Below, in pieces: positions 50,168 to 60,072 of a DNA stretch of 64,000 nucleotides. The first letter of the stretch is position 1. Every line of letters begins with the position of its first letter. The notes below the pieces were generated by a model, which was given only the letters and a program-made list of their open reading frames with translations, made no database searches and was not told where the DNA came from. This DNA comes from Candidatus Poribacteria bacterium (GTDB lineage: Bacteria > Poribacteria > WGA-4E > WGA-3G), in NCBI GenBank assembly GCA_965197475.1, contig CBDANF010000003.1, positions 2,784,001 through 2,848,000 on the forward strand, written 5' to 3'. The position numbers and the translations under genes are program-made.

Positions 50168-51247
50168 ATGGCATTAAAAGTTGGCGTAGTCGGCATGAGT
50201 GGAATTGGGAATAATCATGCGAATTGCCACGCAAATAATGATTTAGCAGAACTTGTTGCAGTATGCGATATTGTAAAAGAGCGCGCGGATAACGCAGCGG
50301 AACGCCTCGGTGTGAAAGCTTACTACAGCTTGGCAGACATGATTGATGGGGAACCGGATTTGGACATCGTTGATGTCACAACCGGTGGGAATGAGAACGG
50401 TAGTTGGCACTATGAACCGACGATGGAAGCACTTGAGAATGGAAAGCACGTCCTCGTTGAAAAGCCTATTTCAAACGATATTGGACAGGCACGAGAGATG
50501 GTAGCACTTGCTACGGATATGGATCTCTACCTCGGTTGTAACTTAAATCACTACTTCACGCCACCTGCTGAACAGGCAATGAAATATATTGACAATGGAC
50601 AGATTGGGGAGATGGTCTACTGCATTCACAAGATGGGATTTGCTGGTGGAGAATTCAACTACAGTTATTCTAAAGCACCACGTTCTGACGGTTTTCCCTA
50701 TTTTCACGTGAAAGCGTTTTTGTCACATCCGTTCAGTGTGATGCGTCATTTTTGTGGGGACGTGACGCATGTGCAGGCATTTATGGAACGACCCCATTTT
50801 CGGCGTAAAGAAGGCGATCTTATGGTCTCTATTAACAGCATTCACCTCCGTTTTGAAAACGGCTGTATCGGTTATCTGCTAAGCCAACGTGGAGATGCTA
50901 CCTTTGGACTCGGTGGATGGTGGAGTGTGGAACTTGCGGGTACTCGCGGCACATTCTGTATTGAAAACTGCATTGAAAAGGTAACGTTTTGGCCCTCTCC
51001 TGGTGCACCTGAAGGCGGAGAAACCGTTGTCACTGAATCTGGTATCAGTGACTTTGGGCAGACCTTCCCGTTAAGAATTCATGCGTTCTTAGAGGACATC
51101 ACAAACGGCGTGCCGAAAGAAAAAATCCGTGCCTCTGGTAGAGATGCACTCGCTGCATTGGAATATACTTGGGCAGCGATGGAATCTTATGAACAGGGTG
51201 GTATCTTAGTACGTCCGCATCCGCTTCCGACGCTAAGTGGACTGTAA
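50168..51247 (+). CDS. Gfo/Idh/MocA oxidoreductase
   Basis: VGVVGMSGIG, GKHVLVEKP. Confidence 0.92.
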   Translation: MALKVGVVGMSGIGNNHANCHANNDLAELVAVCDIVKERADNAAERLGVKAYYSLADMIDGEPDLDIVDVTTGGNENGSWHYEPTMEALENGKHVLVEKPISNDIGQAREMVALATDMDLYLGCNLNHYFTPPAEQAMKYIDNGQIGEMVYCIHKMGFAGGEFNYSYSKAPRSDGFPYFHVKAFLSHPFSVMRHFCGDVTHVQAFMERPHFRRKEGDLMVSINSIHLRFENGCIGYLLSQRGDATFGLGGWWSVELAGTRGTFCIENCIEKVTFWPSPGAPEGGETVVTESGISDFGQTFPLRIHAFLEDITNGVPKEKIRASGRDALAALEYTWAAMESYEQGGILVRPHPLPTLSGL

Positions 51248-51317
51248 GGTAAACAGACAGGTAGAAACTCATGTTCACGAGAATCATCTCACGACTTTAT
51301 AGAAGGAGAAACCACAC

Positions 51318-52115
51318 TTGAAATTAGGAGCAAATTCGGTGCTTTTTGGCGGTTACGATATGGAAACTGCCTTTAAGCACATCGCCATGGCTGGCTATGA
51401 TGGCATTGAGCTTTCTGCGATTGACGGAATGAGCCAGCACCTCGTCCTCGCAAACTGGCAGGAACTCGCTGATGACATCAAACGTCTCTCAAAAGAATAT
51501 AACCTTGAGTTGTTAGCGATGGAACAACCCTCACGCGATCCCGAAAGGATGGAGTTAGCATTTCAGGCTGCTGCTGAGATAGGTATTCCAATTGTTAACT
51601 GCGGTCCTGGCGGTTCGTCAGACGATGAATCTGCTTGGTCCGGGGTTATTGATTCTCTGGGTAACCTCTCGGCGCGGGCAGAACACTATGGTGTAACGCT
51701 ATGTGTCAAGGCACATGTCGGTGCGAGCATCTATAATACACCAACAACCCTTCGCGCTATGGAAGAGATTTCATCACCTGCATTTGGTATAGACATGGAT
51801 CCGTCGCATATTCATCGCGCGGATGAAAATCCTGTGGAAGCGATTGCTGCCGTTGTCTCACGCGTGAAACACGTGCATATCCGAGATTGCAAGGGGACCC
51901 AACGCGGTCCTGGTGCCCCAGAATTGCAAGCAAACGGACGCGGAGATATAGACTTGGTCGGTTACATCCGTGTTCTGCATGAAAATGGGTATACGGGACC
52001 CCTGAACCTTGAAGTTATCGGTGCAAAAGAGTATAGTTTAGAGCAGTGTTGCACGATCGCGGCAGAATCGCGTGGACACATGCAAGCGTGTTTGCAGGCG
52101 TGTGGTGCGCGTTAG
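51318..52115 (+). CDS. Sugar phosphate isomerase/epimerase
   Basis: GYDGIEL, DMDPSH, HVHIRD, LNLE. Confidence 0.9.
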   Translation: MKLGANSVLFGGYDMETAFKHIAMAGYDGIELSAIDGMSQHLVLANWQELADDIKRLSKEYNLELLAMEQPSRDPERMELAFQAAAEIGIPIVNCGPGGSSDDESAWSGVIDSLGNLSARAEHYGVTLCVKAHVGASIYNTPTTLRAMEEISSPAFGIDMDPSHIHRADENPVEAIAAVVSRVKHVHIRDCKGTQRGPGAPELQANGRGDIDLVGYIRVLHENGYTGPLNLEVIGAKEYSLEQCCTIAAESRGHMQACLQACGAR

Positions 52116-52180
52116 GTCCTAAATCCAGTAAGTAGGTTAATAACCTGCCTATTCAACTTTAGCTATATGAGGAACCCATT

Positions 52181-52717
52181 ATGAAACAGAATCCGCTTAT
52201 ACTCCCATTAGTAGGTGGAGGCGTTGCCCTTCTCTGCTTCTTTTTGCCGTGGATAAAAATTGATATGTCATCCCTTGATATAAACAGGTTTGTCGGGGGA
52301 CTTCCAGAAGTAGAAAACACTGGCACAATTTCAGGTTTTATGTTTGCATTGGGTGGGGATGCCTTTATGACACTTTCCTTCCTCGCCACATTGGTTATTC
52401 TTGGTGTCTGCATTTACATGTTGTACGCAAAAACACCTTGGAAATCCAGAATCCCGGTGCTTATTAGTAGTGGCTTTGGGTTTTTATGCGTTTCTATCGG
52501 GCTTTTTTTGTTCATCTTATCAGATAATATCGGACAGCTTAGAATGTTGGATATGGCGAAGTCTATTAATATTGAAGCGGATGTCGAAAAATTTGTCAGT
52601 GCCCAATTCTGGTGGTTTGCTGTAGCCATTGGATTTTTTGTTGCGCTTATCGGGGCATGGAACATTCCAAAATCGGACATTTCTATGGAAGATAACCACC
52701 AAGAGGTTATCCCATAG
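52181..52717 (+). CDS. Membrane protein, FFLPW-motif family
   Basis: GGGVALLCFFLPW; four TM segments. Confidence 0.8.
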   Translation: MKQNPLILPLVGGGVALLCFFLPWIKIDMSSLDINRFVGGLPEVENTGTISGFMFALGGDAFMTLSFLATLVILGVCIYMLYAKTPWKSRIPVLISSGFGFLCVSIGLFLFILSDNIGQLRMLDMAKSINIEADVEKFVSAQFWWFAVAIGFFVALIGAWNIPKSDISMEDNHQEVIP

Positions 52718-52746
52718 TTAGACTAATTCAATAGATTTTACTTAAG

Positions 52747-52824
52747 ATGAGACAATACGCGCAGTATTTTATGTTTGCAGGTGGAATTTTAACCACTCTC
52801 TGTTTCTTTATGCCATGGAGATGA
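52747..52824 (+). pseudogene. Remnant of an FFLPW-family paralog
   Basis: MRQYAQYFMFAGGILTTLCFFMPWR*. Confidence 0.65.
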
Positions 52825-52827
52825 AGA

Positions 52828-53592
52828 ATGAAACGGTATTCACATTTAATCACTATTTCGGGTGGTATTTTAACATTTTTCTGTTTCGCGCTACCGTGGG
52901 AAAAGGATAGATCAGGTGCTTTACTTGCCAACAGTGGTGAAGGCACTTTAGTTACAATCGCTCTAATCGCATCTTTGGTGTTTATTGGTATCAGTTTTTA
53001 TATGTTGAATCGTCATACCTCTTGGAATCCCGTATCTATAATAGTGGCACTTATTATCAGTAGCATGCTACTCGCTTTCTTTTCTTTCTTCATTATTGAG
53101 ATTGTCAACAGCAGAATTGAAGCGATTATAATCCTTTTTATCGCTGCTATAGCTATCTTCGGTATTAGTGCGTATTTGTCGAAGTATCGTTTATCTTTAA
53201 CCCCTTTCATTTTACTAATTCTAATTGGCGGGAGCATTGGAACCATCTCTTGTTTAATTGTAGTTTTCCGGTTCCTTGACAGCGGATTCAACTTTATTAT
53301 TATTTCTTTTATTGCTTCTTTAGCTATTATCGGTGTCGGCACTTTTAGGTTAATCCGACAATCACCATGGAAATCATGGTCCACATTCTTAGTGCTCATT
53401 AGCAGTAGCGTTGGCATCTGCTGCTTTCTGGTCCTGTCTCTTGGTGGTAGTCTGAATCTGAAAATGGGACATGAATATCTTACTAATCCACGATATGGTG
53501 CATTTCTCACTGCTATTGGATATATCCTCGCAATGATCGGTGTCTTAAGTAGTTTCAAAACTGCGAATAGTACTGAATCTCAAGATACGTAG
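52828..53592 (+). CDS. Membrane protein, FFLPW-motif family (internally expanded)
   Basis: GGILTFFCFALPW; about eight TM segments. Confidence 0.8.
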   Translation: MKRYSHLITISGGILTFFCFALPWEKDRSGALLANSGEGTLVTIALIASLVFIGISFYMLNRHTSWNPVSIIVALIISSMLLAFFSFFIIEIVNSRIEAIIILFIAAIAIFGISAYLSKYRLSLTPFILLILIGGSIGTISCLIVVFRFLDSGFNFIIISFIASLAIIGVGTFRLIRQSPWKSWSTFLVLISSSVGICCFLVLSLGGSLNLKMGHEYLTNPRYGAFLTAIGYILAMIGVLSSFKTANSTESQDT

Positions 53593-53622
53593 CAAAAAGA
53601 AGAAGAACCTTAAGGAGAAGAT

Positions 53623-54063
53623 ATGAGACAGGACTCGCGTTTTATCACGCTTGCAGGTGGAATTTTTGCACTTCTTAGTTTTCTTTTACCTTGGGATGAC
53701 TACGGAGATTCAGGTGTTGAATTCGCCCAATCAAGTTTCAACATCATCACGGTTCTATTTTTTGCATCTTTTGTAATTGTTCTAACCTGTCTTATGTTAA
53801 ACCAACATTCATCTTGGAAAGCAAGGATGTCAAGATTCCTGGTGTTCAGTTGTGGTGGCATAGGACTCTTCGGTTTTTTCATCTTGTTTTTTGGAGGTAG
53901 CCTAAATATCAGAATTGATGGCAGCTCGTTTGATGATCTCAGTTTCGGTGGGTTTGTATCAGTGGTTGGTTTTATCCTTGCTATCTATGGTGTAACGGAG
54001 TATCCAAAGACCTTGGATAGTTCTGCAACTAAGGATGAACAAAAAGATGAAACAAATCTTTGA
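53623..54063 (+). CDS. Membrane protein, FFLPW-motif family
   Basis: GGIFALLSFLLPW; GGSLNI shared with the neighbour. Confidence 0.8.
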   Translation: MRQDSRFITLAGGIFALLSFLLPWDDYGDSGVEFAQSSFNIITVLFFASFVIVLTCLMLNQHSSWKARMSRFLVFSCGGIGLFGFFILFFGGSLNIRIDGSSFDDLSFGGFVSVVGFILAIYGVTEYPKTLDSSATKDEQKDETNL

Positions 54064-54144
54064 ACCGAACTGAAATAGAGCGTTTTGGAACTTTACCTAC
54101 TGGAGACTGATTTCTGACAACGGGATACCGCTATAAAACATCTT

Positions 54145-55130
54145 CGCTCATGTCAAGAGTAAGTGCTTTTGACGAGTTTTGCTATAAAATCAACACTGAC
54201 AGCTTTTAGATTCATGACGAACTCACAGATTGCGACGTAACCGGCGAGGAACTTTTTATGAACGCCACGAAAGGGACGAAGGAAGTTTCGCAGCGTCGTC
54301 CAGGCACCTTCAATCGTCCTTGTATGGATCTCGTAAAGACCATCACCGTCTGCGTCTCTTGCCCACTCGCCATCCTTATGGAGAACAATCTCACGGGCGC
54401 GCTGAATACGGTTATAGCCACGCCAACCATCCGTATACACCGTTGAAGTCGGCAACGTCCACTGATGAACGTGTGTTGAAAGCGTCGCAGAATCGGTGTG
54501 CCGCACAACACGTAATCTCAGGAGACCGCTTTCGCGACCTTTCGTCCCAACAATAGGCGGACGATCATTGTCATAAGTCCCATGTCCCCTGCGTTTATTG
54601 CCACGCCGACGCGGCGGATCCGAAGCATCAACGTGCTTATCGCCTTTTTCACCGGCGTTTTGAAACATCTCATCTGTTTCGACTTCAGCATCAGGTAAAG
54701 CAGCTTCGGGTTGTATCTGCTCTGCCGAAGTTTGGAGTTTACGTCTTATAGAAAGAACGGTTTGACGACTTAGACCCAGTTCACACCCGAGTTGTGCACT
54801 TGAAACACCTTGACAGACACCGCGCAAAAGCAGAACGACCTGTGAGGGACGAAACTGCGTGCCAGCAAAGACCGTCCCGGTATAGAGGTTGTAGATGCTC
54901 TCACAGTGTTTGCAGCGATACACTTGTAGACCACTTGTTTCAGTCGGACGGAACTTGCGTGCCTCCGCCACGCTCGCTTGGCATTTTGGGCAACACAGCC
55001 CTTGAGGGTGGAAATGATCCAACACCCACGCTTGAGTTTTTTCTTCATCCAGGAGAGATTGTATTGGAAAGTCCATAGGTAACACGCTAACATAACTTTG
55101 AAAAAATAGCACTTACTTTTTACATGAGCC
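54145..55130 (-). mobile_element. IS1595-family element (986 bp), intact, 8-bp TSD
   Basis: TIR CGCTCATGTCAAGAGTAAGTGC / GCACTTACTTTTTACATGAGCC; TSD AACATCTT (54137-54144, 55131-55138). Confidence 0.95.
54153..55076 (-). CDS. IS1595-family transposase
   Basis: CPKC..CKHC, ETDEMFQNAGEKG, YTDGW, HTRTIEGAW. Confidence 0.93.
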   Translation of the reverse strand: MDFPIQSLLDEEKTQAWVLDHFHPQGLCCPKCQASVAEARKFRPTETSGLQVYRCKHCESIYNLYTGTVFAGTQFRPSQVVLLLRGVCQGVSSAQLGCELGLSRQTVLSIRRKLQTSAEQIQPEAALPDAEVETDEMFQNAGEKGDKHVDASDPPRRRGNKRRGHGTYDNDRPPIVGTKGRESGLLRLRVVRHTDSATLSTHVHQWTLPTSTVYTDGWRGYNRIQRAREIVLHKDGEWARDADGDGLYEIHTRTIEGAWTTLRNFLRPFRGVHKKFLAGYVAICEFVMNLKAVSVDFIAKLVKSTYS

Positions 55131-55897
55131 AACATCTTATCTGGTGGGAGCGTTTCCTCCACTTCCGTCAATCCGCACAACCAGTTCCATGTGAATTGAC
55201 CTCTGTGTTGATCTCGGTAGGATTCCACCTCCGTTACATACGGATGTCTACCTTTGTGTTGGTAAGGTGGTATTTCATCGGATTCACGGACCCAATCCCG
55301 TTTTGGCATTGCAGTACGGAAATATGAAAACTTAATCATGCCGCGTCTGTCCGCGTTGAGTTTTGGACCCGCTTTGTGCCAAATACCGTAACGTGTCATC
55401 GCAACGGAGCCGGCAGGCACGGTGAGCGATAGTTGTCCGAGAATATCCCCGTAATGTGCAATCGCTTCCCGGTCAACAAGGCGGAAATGTGATCCCGGCA
55501 AAATCATTGTGGGACCATCCTCAATTTTTACTTCTTTTGGATAGTAGTAGCACTGAAGGTGCGTGATACCATATCCATATTCGGTGAGTCCGTCCGAATG
55601 CCACGTTTGTCCACGGTGTGGTGCTTCAAAGAGATGATGATGGGCATTCGTCGGCACAAGGAAATTTACACCTAACAGGGAACGCGCTACACCCGCAACT
55701 TCAGGATGGAGGAGGACGTTTCGGCGAAATTCATCAGTTTGAATTAAATCACCCATGCCTCCTCCACCAACGGATTCACATTTTTGATTAAAATCTGTAT
55801 CAATGATGTTTTCTAACGTGATATAACCGTTGTGTATAAACCGCATGACCTGGTCATCATTTAGTGTTGGTTCTACGTTAAACATTTGTGTTATTCC

Positions 55898-56275
55898 TTA
55901 TACAATTTTTTCTAAAATGAATTCGAAACTGAGATAAGCGTTTTCAACATCCGAAAAGTTGTAAAGTTCAGGCCGTGGAAATTGCACGATTCGCCATCCG
56001 TCGCGGACTGCGTCAAGCACAGAAGCATAAGGTGGGTCTTGCGAGGGGAGTAATGGTTCATCCGGTGCTGTTGGGTCATATAATGCCCATGCCCCAAGCG
56101 GTGAACGCAGATTAGTTGATTTGGAATAGAGATAGAGGACAAGCTGTTTTTCTGAATTCAACACTGCTTCCACAGCGGACAAGTCTTCTACTGTAAGTTC
56201 ACCTACGTTGAGTTTTTCCGCGCAATTGTCAAGCCATTCTTTTATCGCTGATTTCACGCAAAGGTCCCCCTTCAT
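55898..56275 (-). CDS. Hypothetical protein upstream of the PhyH gene
   Basis: PPYASVLDAVRDGWRIVQFP; co-oriented with and adjacent to phyH. Confidence 0.7.
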   Translation of the reverse strand: MKGDLCVKSAIKEWLDNCAEKLNVGELTVEDLSAVEAVLNSEKQLVLYLYSKSTNLRSPLGAWALYDPTAPDEPLLPSQDPPYASVLDAVRDGWRIVQFPRPELYNFSDVENAYLSFEFILEKIV

Positions 56276-56359
56276 TTAAGTTTTTGCATTATAGCATAGA
56301 AACGAAAAATATGGTATAATAGTTCAAGAGTTCACGAATCATTAAGAAAGGAATTAATT

Positions 56360-57190
56360 ATGAGATTGGAAGGAAAAGTTGCGATTGTCGCTGGTGCTGC
56401 ATGGGGCGGCATCGGTGCAGCAACCGCCTATAAATTTGCTTGCGAAGGCGCGAAAGTGGTTGTCAACACGCGTCGCCGAGAAGGAAAACTTGCTGAGACC
56501 GTAAACCGCATTCAAGATGCTGGCGGTGAAGCAGTTGCTGTCATGGGTGATGTCGCCGATGAAAAAACGTGGGAAACGCTTGTTGAAACAGCGTTAACAA
56601 ATTATGGAAAAATAACAACACTGGTCCACAATGCCGCACACTCATACACGAAAAAAGCGATTGAATTCACGCCAGAAGAATGGAATGAAAGTCTTGGTGT
56701 GACGCTTGGTGGACCGTGGCTCGGCGCAAAGTATTGTATCCCTGAAATGATTCAAAACGGGGGTGGCACTTTAGTTTTCATCTCTACTGTTAACGCCACG
56801 ATTACAAACCCAGGTTTTGGACTTTACGGTGCGGGCAAAGGTGGACTAAACGCCTTAACGCGGAGTATTGCACTCGATTACGGTAGGGAAGGCATCCGCG
56901 CTAACGCTATTGCACCTGGTCAGATTGTTGGTGAACGCGGTGAAGCATCACTCGCTGCAGATGCGTTAGAGGAACAAGCCTCGCGTGATTGTTACCCAAT
57001 AGGACGCTACGGAAAACCTGAAGACATTGCTAATGTAGCACTTTTCTTAGCATCTGATGAAGCGGATTTCGTTACCGGCATTGTGTTAACTGCAGACGGT
57101 GGCTTGACACTTCAATCGCCAGAGGCACTTGTGCGCCCCTCCTTCCGTCTCCGCTGGAGAGACGATATTTTGGTGCCGCAACCGAAATAG
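56360..57190 (+). CDS. SDR family oxidoreductase
   Basis: GAAWGGIG, HNAA, YGAGK, ANAIAPG. Confidence 0.92.
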   Translation: MRLEGKVAIVAGAAWGGIGAATAYKFACEGAKVVVNTRRREGKLAETVNRIQDAGGEAVAVMGDVADEKTWETLVETALTNYGKITTLVHNAAHSYTKKAIEFTPEEWNESLGVTLGGPWLGAKYCIPEMIQNGGGTLVFISTVNATITNPGFGLYGAGKGGLNALTRSIALDYGREGIRANAIAPGQIVGERGEASLAADALEEQASRDCYPIGRYGKPEDIANVALFLASDEADFVTGIVLTADGGLTLQSPEALVRPSFRLRWRDDILVPQPK

Positions 57191-57323
57191 GTTTCATAAA
57201 TTGAATGCAGACGTTTTCAGTATACAATTGCACAAAGTGCAGAGATAGGTCTCCGTACGAGTTGGTTTCCTTGATTCAAATAAAGGGGTATTCTAAACCC
57301 ATTTGTCATTAAAGGAGATAAAA

Positions 57324-58055
57324 ATGTGTGGACGATTTACCCTTGCATGCAATCCTGAATTGTTGGGGAAAATGTTTCATGACCCTCAGCTACGGTTAGA
57401 GTTTTCCCCACGATACAATATTGCACCGACACAAGATGTGGCTGTCATCGCTAACACGCCGGATGATGGAGATGTCCAAAAGGTCGAATTCTTCCACTGG
57501 GGACTTATTCCATCTTGGGCAAAAGACCCAAAAATCGGAAGTAGGATGATTAATGCGCGTTCAGAAACGCTAACAGAAAAACCATCCTTCCGAAACGCTT
57601 ACAAACATAGGCGATGTCTCATCTTGGCTGATGGCTACTATGAATGGCAAGAGGTGCCCGGCCAAAAACTCAAACAACCAGTCTACATCCGTCTCAAATC
57701 GCAAAATCCGTTTGCATTCACAGGGTTATGGGAGGAATGGAAGGCAAATTGGATGGAAAAACCGCTCCGTTCCTGCACTATCATTACTTGTTCGCCTAAT
57801 TCTTTTTTGGAAACAATTCATCACAGAATGCCTGTGATTTTGCCGCAAGACGCTTATGCAAAATGGCTTGCATCCGATGAACAAACACCAGAAACACTTC
57901 GTTCACTTCTTGTCCCTTACCCTGGTGGAGAGATGGAGGCGTATCCAGTGTCAAGTCTTGTTAATCGTCCTACGAATGATTCACCGCAATGTATCGCGCC
58001 TGTATCGGATGTGAACGGAAATAGTAAACAGGAATTAGATGGAAGATTATTTTGA
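57324..58055 (+). CDS. SOS response-associated peptidase (SRAP/YedK)
   Basis: N-terminal MCGRF, RYNIAPTQ, INARSET, HHRMPVIL. Confidence 0.95.
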   Translation: MCGRFTLACNPELLGKMFHDPQLRLEFSPRYNIAPTQDVAVIANTPDDGDVQKVEFFHWGLIPSWAKDPKIGSRMINARSETLTEKPSFRNAYKHRRCLILADGYYEWQEVPGQKLKQPVYIRLKSQNPFAFTGLWEEWKANWMEKPLRSCTIITCSPNSFLETIHHRMPVILPQDAYAKWLASDEQTPETLRSLLVPYPGGEMEAYPVSSLVNRPTNDSPQCIAPVSDVNGNSKQELDGRLF

Positions 58056-58083
58056 CAAGTACATTTTTTTATAGGAAGGAATT

Positions 58084-59067
58084 ATGTCAATACCGACCAA
58101 AGAGCAGATGTTCTACATGTATCGCAAGATGGTAGAGATCCGTCAATTTGAAGAAGCCGCTGGGACGCTTTATCAAAGCGGTCAACTTCCCGGTTTTCTG
58201 CACCTATACATTGGCGAAGAAGCCACAGCAGTAGGTGTTTGTGCTCACTTGAAAGATGACGATTACATCACCAGCACGCATCGCGGTCACGGACATCTCA
58301 TAGCGAAGGGTGGCAAACGCGACCGAATGATGGCGGAATTATTTGCCCGCACGACCGGCTACTGTAAAGGCAAAGGCGGGTCGATGCACATTGCCGATAA
58401 AGAGACCGGTATTCTTGGGGCAAACGGTGTCGTAGGTGCGGGGATTCCATTGGCAGCAGGTGCAGCACTCTCTGCAAAATACCGAGGCACGCAGCAGGTT
58501 GCTGTATCTTTCTTCGGCGACGGTGCCACAAATCAAGGTGTATTCCATGAAACGCTTAATCTCGCTGCTGTGTGGGAACTGCCTGTCGTTTTTGTTTGTG
58601 AAAACAACCGATTCGGTATGGGAACGCCACAACATGAACATCAACGGGTAGAGGATATCGCTGTCCGTGCTCCCGCTTACGATATACCGGGGCTCACCGT
58701 TGATGGAAACGATGTGCTCAAGGTTTATGCTGCAGCAGACGAAGCCGTTAAACGCGCACGCGAAGGTGGCGGACCTACGCTCCTCAATTGTGATACCTAC
58801 CGCTTCCGGGGACATCACATCGGGGATCCAGGCACATCCTACCGGGACCGTGAAGAAGTTCAAGAACAGGAACGTCAACGCGACCCCATCAGAAGACTCG
58901 TTCATGTCCTCATTGAAGAGGAAGGTGTAACGCAAGAAGAACTTGATGCACTTGAAACAGAACTTGCAAATGAACTTGAGGAAGCGTTGGAGTTTGCGAA
59001 AAACAGTCCTGAACCGCTACCTGAAGACGCTCTGGATGATGTTTATGCTGGCTCTATTCAACCATAG
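58084..59067 (+). CDS. Pyruvate/acetoin dehydrogenase E1 alpha subunit
   Basis: GFLHLYIGEEA, STHRGHGH, GKGGSMH, FGDGA, YRFRGH. Confidence 0.93.
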   Translation: MSIPTKEQMFYMYRKMVEIRQFEEAAGTLYQSGQLPGFLHLYIGEEATAVGVCAHLKDDDYITSTHRGHGHLIAKGGKRDRMMAELFARTTGYCKGKGGSMHIADKETGILGANGVVGAGIPLAAGAALSAKYRGTQQVAVSFFGDGATNQGVFHETLNLAAVWELPVVFVCENNRFGMGTPQHEHQRVEDIAVRAPAYDIPGLTVDGNDVLKVYAAADEAVKRAREGGGPTLLNCDTYRFRGHHIGDPGTSYRDREEVQEQERQRDPIRRLVHVLIEEEGVTQEELDALETELANELEEALEFAKNSPEPLPEDALDDVYAGSIQP

Positions 59068-59130
59068 AGAAAGCAGTTGGACGAATTCAATTTTGTAGTG
59101 CAACGGACAAATTACTTGGAGGTTTTAAGC

Positions 59131-60066
59131 ATGCATAGTGCCACAACGGCGAGAGAGATGTCTCCATCTGAACTCACGGAATGCAGAGAAAACCTTAGAC
59201 GTCAGTGGGAAAACCGAAAAGTAGACGAGAAATTGCTACAACGCGCGTGGGAAGCTGCACATCGCGTTGCGACTGTCCTCTATCAAGATTATAGTGCGTC
59301 GAAAGTTGCTGTCTTCGGTTCACTCACCGAGCGAGAATGCTTCACCGAAAACTCAGACATAGATATGATTGTTTGGGGGATCTCCTATAACAAATGTCTT
59401 GATGCACTTTGGGAAACAGAGGGATTGAGTTCTGAGTTTAAGATTGACCTTATTAATTTTGAATCATCAAATGGGTTGTTTCGTCAACGGATTTTGAACC
59501 AAGCAATTCCAATTGATAAAGATGAAACGGACATTCTCAAATTAATGAACAAAACCTACTCCATATTGTACGCAGAAACTGAGGGAACTTACGCAGTGAA
59601 TCGTGATAGACTAATTCAACGTATCTCTGATGAACGCACAAAAATAGAAAGGACCGTCCGAGGCATCACGAACGCGCTACAAGATATTAATGTCGTTGCT
59701 GTAAATCATAGAAAATATGTAGAAAAGACGATTGCCTCCGACCTCGCTGAAGTCTACAGAGGAATTGAGATAATTTTTGAGCGAATTGCTCGTGAGGTGG
59801 ATATGCACATGCCAAGTGGAGATAGATGGCATAATGATTTGCTAACGCAAATGGCAGAACCTAAAGGGGAACGTCCACCCGTAATTTCTGAAAAAACTTG
59901 TAGAAAATTAAAACGGCTTTTAAAGTTCCGTCACCGTGTTAATAACATCTACAGGTACGAATTAATCTACGAAAAAGCGGAGAAACATGCAAAGCGGGTA
60001 GGTAAACTTTTCAAAAATGTCTCTGAAGAACTGGATGCTTTCGCCACTTTTTTGAACGAAACTTAA
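59131..60066 (+). CDS. Fused minimal nucleotidyltransferase + HEPN protein
   Basis: VFGSL..SDID..IDL MNT domain; C-terminal FERIA..WH..LL..FRHRVNNIY HEPN domain. Confidence 0.85.
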   Translation: MHSATTAREMSPSELTECRENLRRQWENRKVDEKLLQRAWEAAHRVATVLYQDYSASKVAVFGSLTERECFTENSDIDMIVWGISYNKCLDALWETEGLSSEFKIDLINFESSNGLFRQRILNQAIPIDKDETDILKLMNKTYSILYAETEGTYAVNRDRLIQRISDERTKIERTVRGITNALQDINVVAVNHRKYVEKTIASDLAEVYRGIEIIFERIAREVDMHMPSGDRWHNDLLTQMAEPKGERPPVISEKTCRKLKRLLKFRHRVNNIYRYELIYEKAEKHAKRVGKLFKNVSEELDAFATFLNET

Positions 60067-60072
60067 GGCAAC

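Larger units (their letters stand above)
54097..55885 (-). pseudogene. Phytanoyl-CoA dioxygenase (PhyH) family gene with an IS in its 3' end
   Basis: WHSDG, GPTMILPGSH, IWH; the native tail KMFYSGIPLSEISLQ* resumes after the IS (stop 54097-54099). Confidence 0.85.
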
